Source of the DNA: Candidatus Woesearchaeota archaeon
GTDB lineage: Archaea; Nanobdellota; Nanobdellia; Nanobdellales; Nanobdellaceae
Direction of reading: 5' to 3'
Length of the DNA stretch: 8,466 nt
NCBI GenBank assembly: GCA_964468425.1
Contig: CAYXSZ010000045.1
Span: 1 to 8,466, forward strand
Below the pieces are notes generated by a model that was not told where the DNA came from, did not search any database, and saw only the letters and a program-made list of their open reading frames with translations. Position numbers and translations under genes: made by a program. Shown here piece after piece: positions 1 to 5,422 of this stretch; the first letter of the stretch is position 1; each line of letters begins with the position of its first letter.

Positions 1-1073
1 TCTCTTTTGATGAGTGGTTTGTTAACCTGTAAAGGAATAGGATATATTAATTTAGACATCGAAGCTTCTCCACTAAGAAATATCTTAGTTCCGCAACAAG
101 GACATCTATTTTTATTTAGATTCACTTTATGAACGCAAAATCCTTCTCTTTTTATTAGTAAACTTCCACAGTTTGGGCAGTACGTATTTTCTAGTGGATG
201 ACCTGGTACGTTTCCGAGGTAGACGTAATTTATTTCCTCTTCCTTAGCGATTTCTGCATGCTTTTCAAGGATTTTTAGTGGAGTCGCAGGAAAGTCTTTC
301 ATCTTGTAGCTTGGAAAGAATCTTAAGAAATGTATATTCGAATTTTCTCCGAGAACCTCCTTTAAAAACTTACAAAGTCTTTTACATTCGCTTAAGTCAT
401 CTCCAACTTTAGGAACTACTAGATCTGTGATCTCAACGTGAACACTTTTTTTGTATAATTCTTCAATTGCGTGAAAAACGGGTTCGTAGCTCCTAATTAG
501 AATGTAATTTCTAGCGAATTTGTCGCTCCCATTTCCTTTTATATCTATTGTTATCGCATCCAGGAACTTTGAGGCAAAATCGATCGCCTCGTCAGTTAAA
601 TATCCGTTTGAAACCCAGGTTACCTTAAAACCCTCGTTTTTAGCGAGCTTTGCAACATCTTCACAGTATTCGGGATAGATCGAAGGCTCATTGTATGTAA
701 AGCAAATGGAAATTAATCCATAGCTTTTTAGGTCTCTTGCAATCTCTACAATCTCGCGTGGTTCGATCTTGAAGCCAACAACTTCCTTTCTTTGTGAAAT
801 ATCGTAGTTCAAACAGTATTTGCATGCCCAGGAGCATCCTGTCGTTCCCAACGACAATGCCGTGTGTCCTGGATAAAAATGGTAAAATGGCTTCTTTTCG
901 ATAGGATCTAAAGCTATCGAGCTAAAAATCCCATAATTTAGGCAAATGAGTTTGCCGTTAATGTTGTATCTCGTTCCACAGAATCCGTGGAGATTTTTCG
1001 GGATATTACATTTTCTGGCACATGCTAAACATTCTATTCTATCGTTAATCTTTCTGAACAATTTTCCTTCCAT
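1..1073 (-). CDS. amrS: Radical SAM enzyme, AmmeMemoRadiSam-system (AmrS) / PflA-like activase family; the 3' end runs off the left edge (357 codons in window)
   Basis: Absent from the supplied ORF track because no stop codon lies in the window. My translation of the minus strand from the ATG (1073..1071) stays open to position 3 and gives exactly 357 codons: MEGKLFRKINDRIECLACARKCNIPKNLHGFCGTRYNING...SSIALDPIEKKPFYHFYPGHTALSLGTTGCSWACKYCLNYDISQ...CPNCGSLLIKREGFCVHKVNLNKNRCPCCGTKIFLSGE.... It has the CX3CX2C radical-SAM cluster motif (C80, C84, C87), an N-terminal C15-x2-C18-x3-C22, the DPIEKKP motif typical of the AmrS family, and a C-terminal pair of CxxC motifs (zinc ribbon). Confidence 0.85.
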   Translation of the reverse strand, partial: MEGKLFRKINDRIECLACARKCNIPKNLHGFCGTRYNINGKLICLNYGIFSSIALDPIEKKPFYHFYPGHTALSLGTTGCSWACKYCLNYDISQRKEVVGFKIEPREIVEIARDLKSYGLISICFTYNEPSIYPEYCEDVAKLAKNEGFKVTWVSNGYLTDEAIDFASKFLDAITIDIKGNGSDKFARNYILIRSYEPVFHAIEELYKKSVHVEITDLVVPKVGDDLSECKRLCKFLKEVLGENSNIHFLRFFPSYKMKDFPATPLKILEKHAEIAKEEEINYVYLGNVPGHPLENTYCPNCGSLLIKREGFCVHKVNLNKNRCPCCGTKIFLSGEASMSKLIYPIPLQVNKPLIKR

Positions 1074-1107
1074 TTATTTATTAACTTTACTAGCTTTTAA
1101 TTAGATA

Positions 1108-1155
1108 GTGAAGAAGCTGTCCCAGTCTGAACATGATGAGGGAGAGACGAACGGA
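1108..1155 (+). ncRNA. Candidate archaeal C/D-box sRNA (2'-O-methylation guide). Internal boxes are perfect; terminal boxes are degenerate.
   Basis: Layout as read: GTGAAGA (1108-1114, C-like, 1 mismatch to RUGAUGA), 12 nt AGCTGTCCCAGT (1115-1126), CTGA (1127-1130, D'), ACA (1131-1133), TGATGA (1134-1139, C'), 12 nt GGGAGAGACGAA (1140-1151), CGGA (1152-1155, D-like, 1 mismatch). The 12/3/12 spacing is canonical. The GA dinucleotides needed for the k-turn are kept in both degenerate boxes. The terminal stem is weak. It lies in a 110-bp spacer with an A/T-rich stretch (1073-1084) about 27 nt upstream. Confidence 0.3.
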
Positions 1156-1158
1156 TTC

Positions 1159-1184
1159 ACGACAATTATAACGACGCACGACGC
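1159..1184. repeat. ACGAC/GTCGT repeat cluster. On the minus strand it reads GCGTCGT GCGTCGT TATAAT TGTCGTGAA.
   Basis: ACGAC occurs at 1159-1163, 1171-1175 and 1178-1182. ACGACGC is a perfect tandem 7-mer (1171-1177, 1178-1184), and the second copy overlaps the first base of the YjbQ stop codon (1184-1186). The organisation matches the 2668-2716 array: two tandem GTCGT units, an A/T-rich block, then TGTCGTGAA. Confidence 0.4.
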
Positions 1185-1594
1185 TAGTCTCCGATTACGA
1201 AAACAATTACTCTTCTAGCTCTCGGTCCATCGAACTCCGCTAGAAATAACTCTTGCCAAGTACCTCTCACAATTTTTCCATCTTTTATAGGGAAAATGAA
1301 AAATTGCTTAAATAGTGCCGAAAGTAAGTGAGAATCTGCGTTATCGTCTATTCTATTGTGCTTATAATTCTCATTTTCTGGAACAAGCCTATTAAATAGA
1401 TTTATGTAGTCCTCTCTTATAAGTGGTTCGTCTTCGTTCGCAAAGAGAGCGCAGGTTGCATGCGGGACGAAGACGAGAACGAAACCTTCCTCAATTCCAG
1501 ACCTGACGACAATATCCTCGACCTTCTCTGTAATGTTTTTTAAATCTCTTCGGTTTTCGGTGCTTACGTAAAACTCTTCGGAGAAGATTCTCAT
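1184..1594 (-). CDS. YjbQ/UPF0047 family protein (secondary thiamine-phosphate synthase-like)
   Basis: 136-aa ORF with an ATG start at 1594. It shows family-typical motifs: VFVPHATCALFANEDEP, LVPENENYKHNRIDDNADSHLLSAL, IPIKDGKIVRGTWQELFLAEFDGPRARRV. A TATA-like block AAGATAATAAAT (minus strand, about 1614-1627) is centred about 26 nt upstream of the ATG. Confidence 0.9.
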   Translation of the reverse strand: MRIFSEEFYVSTENRRDLKNITEKVEDIVVRSGIEEGFVLVFVPHATCALFANEDEPLIREDYINLFNRLVPENENYKHNRIDDNADSHLLSALFKQFFIFPIKDGKIVRGTWQELFLAEFDGPRARRVIVFVIGD

Positions 1595-1644
1595 TAGTTG
1601 TTAATCGACTTAGAATTTATTATCTTTAACCCGAACCTTTTAGC

Positions 1645-1650
1645 AAAAAA
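1645..1650 (-). terminator. Oligo-T tract downstream of tRNA-Thr (archaeal poly-T type termination signal)
   Basis: The minus strand reads ...AGCTAAATGCTTTTTTGCTAAAAGG. The T6 run starts 11 nt after the tRNA discriminator base. Confidence 0.45.
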
Positions 1651-1660
1651 GCATTTAGCT

Positions 1661-1733
1661 AGCCGCCGCCGGGATTCGAACCCGGGACCTCCGTCTTACC
1701 AGGACGGCGCTCTAACCCCTGAGCTACGGCGGC
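1661..1733 (-). tRNA. tRNA-Thr (anticodon GGU), 73 nt, no intron, CCA not encoded
   Basis: Minus strand: GCCGCCG-UA-GCUC-AGGGGUUA-GAGC-G-CCGUC-CUGGUAA-GACGG-AGGUC-CCGGG-UUCGAAU-CCCGG-CGGCGGC-U. It folds into a complete cloverleaf with a 7-bp acceptor stem, 4-bp D stem, 5-bp anticodon stem, 5-bp T stem, a UUCGAAU T-loop and U33 before anticodon GGU. The GC-rich stems contrast with the AT-rich surroundings. Confidence 0.93.
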
Positions 1734-1734
1734 A

Positions 1735-2661
1735 CTATTTTCCTAGTCTTTTCATAATATCTTTTAAATATGTTGGGTTAATCTCATAGTAGACCTTCTT
1801 ATTTTCTTCAACTCTTATTAGCAATCCTCTCTCAACAAGTCTAGAAACTTGTTTTGAAACTGTGTTATATGGAAGGGAAGTCAGCTCTGCTAATTGCTTA
1901 ACGGTTAATTTATTGCTAATTAGTTTTTCAAGTATTTTTTCTTGTTGTGGAGATATTTTGAGTGCTTCTACCTTATCTTCTTTGGTTTCAAGCAACTCTT
2001 TGTTCAAAACACCTTCGAGAGGATGTTCTAACTCGCTTAGAATCTTGTTTAATTCTATTAAAACAGATCTTACGCATCTATCGTTCTTTTTAATTAACTC
2101 TCGTAAAAATTTTTCATCAACCTCTATTTTTTCATTTAAACGAGTTTTTACAATTTCAACGATTGTTTCTTCATCCGGAAACTCTAGATAAATCTTTCTG
2201 TAAATTCTGTTTGTAAACGATGGAGGAGCATTGACGTTTTCTGAAACTTGAATTAAAAAAAGAGAATGGACCTTCCGAGCATCGTAGAGAGCTTTTACAC
2301 ATTTAATTGCAGCTTCGTTTAGATTCTGGAACTCATCTATGATTAATACGATCGGTTTTTGATCTCTAACTTTAAAGAACAAATATTTCTTGTACATAAC
2401 ATTCTCAACCAATTTCCTGATGTTTGGACTGCTTTCCTCTTCGGCGTTAATGTAGATAAAATTGTATTTGTTTCGAAGTTTTTTAAGAATCTTCAAAGCT
2501 AGCGATGTCTTACCACAGCCAATTGGACCGTATAGGAGAAATATCTCCCCGCTTTCAATAGAATTTGTTACTTGTCGTTCGATGTCTTCTAGGCCTAAAA
2601 CGTTGTCGTTTGGTCTGATGTCTAGGGGGTTGCTCTCGAAACCATAATGTTGCCACCACAT
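1735..2661 (-). CDS. ExeA-like (AAA_22-type) AAA+ ATPase fused to a C-terminal winged helix-turn-helix; predicted ATP-dependent DNA-binding protein
   Basis: 308-aa ORF with ATG at 2661. The N-terminus HYGFESNPLDIRPN resembles the ExeA-type Y..FG...PF opening. Walker A is GPIGCGKT and Walker B is VLIIDEF. The C-terminal LTVKQLAELTSLPYNTVSKQVSRLVERGLLIRVEENKKVYYEINP is a classic ArsR/MarR/TrmB-type wHTH. It is shorter than Orc1/Cdc6 and lacks that family's typical length and lid region. Confidence 0.8.
   Translation of the reverse strand: MWWQHYGFESNPLDIRPNDNVLGLEDIERQVTNSIESGEIFLLYGPIGCGKTSLALKILKKLRNKYNFIYINAEEESSPNIRKLVENVMYKKYLFFKVRDQKPIVLIIDEFQNLNEAAIKCVKALYDARKVHSLFLIQVSENVNAPPSFTNRIYRKIYLEFPDEETIVEIVKTRLNEKIEVDEKFLRELIKKNDRCVRSVLIELNKILSELEHPLEGVLNKELLETKEDKVEALKISPQQEKILEKLISNKLTVKQLAELTSLPYNTVSKQVSRLVERGLLIRVEENKKVYYEINPTYLKDIMKRLGK
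1750..1770 (-). promoter_or_regulatory. Putative tRNA-Thr promoter (TATA-like box) embedded in the last codons of the upstream CDS
   Basis: The minus strand reads TATTTAAAAGATATTATGAA. TTTAAAAG (complement of 1761-1768) is centred about 31 nt upstream of the mature tRNA 5' end (1733), which would give a leader of about 5 nt. There is no intergenic space for a promoter, because the CDS stop codon ends at 1735. Confidence 0.4.
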
Positions 2662-2762
2662 AGATCATTTGTCGTTTTGTCGTTTTTAAAGATATTTGTC
2701 GTGTCGTGAAACGACAGCCAATGATAAGCAAAAGTATATATTTAAACAAGCATAAGATTTAA
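2662..2762. promoter_or_regulatory. 101-bp divergent promoter region for the AAA+-wHTH gene and the small-ORF/MinD-like operon
   Basis: The minus-strand TATA-like CTTTAAAAA (complement of 2683-2691) is centred about 26 nt from the ATG at 2661. The plus-strand TATA-like AAAGTATATATTTAAA (2731-2746) is centred about 24-26 nt from the ATG at 2763. This geometry implies leaderless or very short-leader mRNAs. Confidence 0.5.
2668..2716. repeat. TTTGTCGT direct-repeat array plus a TGTCGT-GAA-ACGACA palindrome; predicted operator or centromere-like site
   Basis: Perfect TTTGTCGT 8-mers lie at 2668-2675, 2676-2683 and 2695-2702. A further GTCGT is at 2703-2707, and the palindrome TGTCGTGAAACGACA spans 2702-2716. 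The repeats bracket the minus-strand TATA-like box. Two more TTGTCGT copies are inside the ATPase CDS, at 2572-2578 and 2603-2609. Confidence 0.55.
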
Positions 2763-3041
2763 ATGATCGTCGCTCCTGATGGTCAAAAAATTTACACACT
2801 CCCGGATCTTTTACTTTGGATTATCTCCCACCAAGATAATGCTCTTTCCTTCTTAAAATCTGAGAAACTTAAAGAGTGGTTGAAATCTGAAGGTTATGAA
2901 GATCTTTTAGAGGAGATAGAGCACACAGAGAGTGTGGATGATATTGTTAACGCGATTAAAAGGATGGTTTTCTCAGCTGATAGAGAAATCGTCATTTCGC
3001 GGGCTGAAGCGATTGAAAAAATTTTAAAGAGTGTGAAATGA
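2763..3041 (+). CDS. Small acidic helical protein of unknown function (92 aa), translationally coupled to the downstream MinD/ParA-type ATPase
   Basis: ATG at 2763. Its stop TGA (3039-3041) overlaps the next gene's ATG (3038-3040) as ATGA. I count about 18 acidic and 12 basic residues. No DNA-binding motif is recognisable, and I cannot assign a family from the sequence. Confidence 0.6.
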   Translation: MIVAPDGQKIYTLPDLLLWIISHQDNALSFLKSEKLKEWLKSEGYEDLLEEIEHTESVDDIVNAIKRMVFSADREIVISRAEAIEKILKSVK

Positions 3042-3712
3042 GAGTTGCAGTTGTTTCTCTTAAGGGAGGAGTCGGCAAGACATTCGTTGCTACAAACCTA
3101 GCGACATACCTTACACTTTATCACAAGAAGAAGGTGCTTTTGATAGATCTTAACGGCAAGATCGCCAATGCTTTCTTATTTACCAACGCTAATACCCAGC
3201 AAACAGAACATTTGTATCAAGGAATTCAAGTTACTCAGTTTTTCCATTTAAAACAGACAGATAAGGTGGAAGGTGACGTTGAGAAGGAACTAGAGCTCCT
3301 GGAAAAAGTTTATGACTTTATAGTTTTTGATGTTCCGCCTAATTTTCACAGGATAAAACAGGTTGAGCCATATGTAGATGTTGTATTATTGGTTACAAGT
3401 CCAACACTACTTTCACTTTATACTAACTTTCTACTTTACAAATTCTTAGATCAAAGTAAGGTGAAACTTGTAGTTAATATGTATGGAACTGGATTGGACT
3501 CTGAAATGATATCTGCTATATTCAAAAAGAATATTTCAGTCGTAATTCCCTACAGCAAGGATGTTCTAAACGCTGAAAATTATTTGGTTCCTTTAGTCGC
3601 CTGGAAGAAGAATTCAAAGGTTTCTCGAGCTATTGACGACTTAGCATATGTTTTAACCGGAATCAAGTTGAAGAGAGGTCTACTAGAACTTATTTTCTCC
3701 TTTTTCTTTTGA
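3038..3712 (+). CDS. MinD/ParA-superfamily P-loop ATPase (deviant Walker A) with a hydrophobic/amphipathic C-terminal tail
   Basis: 224 aa. It has the deviant Walker A SLKGGVGKT with signature lysine K9, the A' region VLLIDLN, Walker B FIVFDVPP, and the MinD-like VVIPYSKDVLNAENYLVPLV. The tail [16 protein letters not shown] is basic then hydrophobic. Confidence 0.88.
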   Translation: MRVAVVSLKGGVGKTFVATNLATYLTLYHKKKVLLIDLNGKIANAFLFTNANTQQTEHLYQGIQVTQFFHLKQTDKVEGDVEKELELLEKVYDFIVFDVPPNFHRIKQVEPYVDVVLLVTSPTLLSLYTNFLLYKFLDQSKVKLVVNMYGTGLDSEMISAIFKKNISVVIPYSKDVLNAENYLVPLVAWKKNSKVSRAIDDLAYVLTGIKLKRGLLELIFSFFF

Positions 3713-4624
3713 GTTGAAGTAGCTAGTTAGATAGTCCTTCGCGTATTCTAAGAACAACGGTCCGAGGAAAATGCCGGGAAATCCTAAGAGATAAAGTCCC
3801 CCCAATATTCCTACAAGAACTATCGCGGGGTTAATCGTAGATGTTTTTCCAACTAAAAGTGGTTTTACAACGACTTCCGCGAGAACCGTAATAACTAAAA
3901 TACCATATACGAATGTAATGGCTGCGAGAAAAATGTACCCTTTCCAAGCAAAGTAAGTGATTATAGGTAGCCATACAGTCCAGGGACCGAGAATTGGCAA
4001 AGCCGAAAAGATGAAAACTAGTATGGAAAGAATAAGCGCCGTCTCAAGTCCGAGAAGGGAGAATCCAATATAGCTTAGAAAAGCTTGGATTAGCCATAAA
4101 AGAATGTTTCCGACCACGATTCCGTAAAACTTCGAAACAGCTTTCTCCAATTCACTTTCTTCGATAAATCCAAGACTTAGAACGAAGTTTTCAACATCTT
4201 TAATGTGAACGAGGACATAATATGTGAGGAAAATAGAGATAACGTATCCTACCAGATCTTTAAATAAGTTTTGGACGAGATCGGACGCGTATTTTGCTAT
4301 AGCCCCTAAGATGTGAGGTAACAAAATTTGTATATATTTGTTGTTTAGAAACTGCTGAGAGTCAATGCTAACGCTAATTGTAGCAAATTCTGAAAATAAA
4401 TTTGAAATGATAGCGTAAACTGAAAATGCAAAAACTACCAATATAAACACGGTAGAAATCATTGCCGCTGCTCTTTTGCTGTGTGTTTTGCTTTGCACTT
4501 TTTGGTATAAGGGATAAACGATTCCAGCTAAGACAAACGAAAACAAAATGTATTTGAGAAAGGGACAAATTATTAAAAAAGAAACAGCGATTAGTGTGAC
4601 GAGTAGGTATTTCTTGTCGATCAT
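3683..4624 (-). CDS. AI-2E family transporter (PerM/UPF0118-type permease)
   Basis: 313 aa and polytopic, with roughly 7-8 hydrophobic segments. The family-like C-terminal half reads [19 protein letters not shown]...[37 protein letters not shown]. The ATG (4624..4622) overlaps the upstream gene's TGA (4623..4621). Confidence 0.82.
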   Translation of the reverse strand: MIDKKYLLVTLIAVSFLIICPFLKYILFSFVLAGIVYPLYQKVQSKTHSKRAAAMISTVFILVVFAFSVYAIISNLFSEFATISVSIDSQQFLNNKYIQILLPHILGAIAKYASDLVQNLFKDLVGYVISIFLTYYVLVHIKDVENFVLSLGFIEESELEKAVSKFYGIVVGNILLWLIQAFLSYIGFSLLGLETALILSILVFIFSALPILGPWTVWLPIITYFAWKGYIFLAAITFVYGILVITVLAEVVVKPLLVGKTSTINPAIVLVGILGGLYLLGFPGIFLGPLFLEYAKDYLTSYFNSKEKGENKF

Positions 4625-5388
4625 CTAATAACTACTAGCTTTCTCCGCTTAACAATTCTATCTGGATGAACTATTATTCCCCTATCTGTTATTTCAAATT
4701 CGTGTCTGCGCATGTCGTGTTTTGTTCCACGCATCTTCCAAATTATCAAAGATCTCTTAAGTTCGCCTTCTATTTCGTCAAGATCTAGACGAATTATTCC
4801 ATCTACAGCGTGCTCCACTCCAAATCCACCGAAGCTTCTTTCAGCTACTGATACTTGTGAAACGAAGAATCCTGTTATTCCGTAACCAGAGAAGATCTTT
4901 TTGAGTTGAAGAACAGTCCTTCTCGCAACCGATGGCTTCGTAAGGTACAATGCCGTTACGGAGTCAATAACACCCCTTACCGGCAGTCTCCCTGTATTCT
5001 CCTTAATCCATTCTATAGCTTCTCTAACAGTATCTATTAACGCTCTAACATCTCCCGGATCTACAACTACAAATCTTTCTCGCTCCGCAGCCTTTCCAAT
5101 TCCACTAGTAAATCCATCAATGATCGCAAACATTCCTTTCTCTTCAAATGGCTTCGGATCCCATCCGAAGTTAGCCATGTTCTCTCTAATTGCTACGGGA
5201 TGTTCTTCTAGAGTGATATAAATTCCTGGTTCTTCTCTTTGAAGACCATAATATATATATTGTTGGGAAAATATTGATTTTCCCGTTCCAGCTCCCCCTG
5301 ATAGCAATACTACGTTTCTGCTAGGTATTCCTCCATTTAATAGCTCGTCCATCCCAGGAATCCCAGTTTCAACTCTTTTTATCACCAT
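4621..5388 (-). CDS. Single-domain KaiC/RecA-superfamily ATPase (archaeal KaiC-like, COG0467 type)
   Basis: 255 aa. Supporting motifs: [33 protein letters not shown] (Walker A), [20 protein letters not shown] (Walker B-like), and [28 protein letters not shown] (typical KaiC-like C-terminus). Confidence 0.88.
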   Translation of the reverse strand: MVIKRVETGIPGMDELLNGGIPSRNVVLLSGGAGTGKSIFSQQYIYYGLQREEPGIYITLEEHPVAIRENMANFGWDPKPFEEKGMFAIIDGFTSGIGKAAERERFVVVDPGDVRALIDTVREAIEWIKENTGRLPVRGVIDSVTALYLTKPSVARRTVLQLKKIFSGYGITGFFVSQVSVAERSFGGFGVEHAVDGIIRLDLDEIEGELKRSLIIWKMRGTKHDMRRHEFEITDRGIIVHPDRIVKRRKLVVIR

Positions 5389-5422
5389 AAAAAATAAATA
5401 TGTGTTAAATTTTATATTTTAA
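5389..5422. promoter_or_regulatory. 34-bp bidirectional promoter with two mirrored TATA-like boxes
   Basis: AAAATAAATA (5391-5400, plus strand) is centred about 27 nt from the ATG at 5423. AAAATATAAA (complement of 5411-5420) is centred about 27 nt from the ATG at 5388. There is no room for 5' UTRs, so both mRNAs are predicted to be leaderless. Confidence 0.5.

Noticed and set aside
8-13. Other TGATGA / TCATCA occurrences as C/D-box sRNAs (for example 8-13 on the plus strand, 2115-2120 on the minus strand)
   Set aside because: They lie inside coding sequence, and no CTGA follows at the 12-nt guide spacing, so the C/D architecture is absent.
1598-1789. 63-aa plus-strand ORF in the supplied track
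   Set aside because: It runs antisense across the whole tRNA-Thr gene; its RRRDSNPGPPSYQDGALTPELRR segment is simply the tRNA complement translated. It also spans the YjbQ promoter. It is not a plausible gene.
1862-2647. Plus-strand ORFs 1862..2191 (109 aa) and 2462..2647 (61 aa), and minus-strand ORF 2555..2749 (64 aa)
   Set aside because: All are shadow or alternative-frame ORFs inside the well-supported AAA+-wHTH gene. Their composition is low-complexity, rich in S, L, F and R. The 2555..2749 ORF would also have to start inside the divergent promoter and run through the TATA box and repeats.
2662-2762. Replication origin next to an Orc1/Cdc6-like gene
   Set aside because: At 308 aa with an ExeA-like N-terminus, the ATPase does not look like a bona fide Orc1/Cdc6. 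The repeats are 7-8-mers with no resemblance to ORB or mini-ORB elements, and the spacer is fully accounted for by two promoters. This cannot be excluded without genome-wide skew or marker-frequency data, but it is not supported here.
1661-3712. Integrated plasmid or virus remnant using tRNA-Thr as its attachment site
   Set aside because: A tRNA next to AAA+ and ParA-like genes suggested an integrated element. However, I found no integrase and no second partial copy of the tRNA anywhere in the window (for example GGTTCGAATCCCGG or its complement). There is also no obvious composition shift, and the genes lie on the 5' side of the tRNA, whereas I would expect an integrated element on the 3' side.
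4374-4568. 64-aa minus-strand ORF overlapping the permease gene in another frame
   Set aside because: It is fully nested in the AI-2E transporter CDS, which has a coherent membrane-protein translation. No independent signal supports it.
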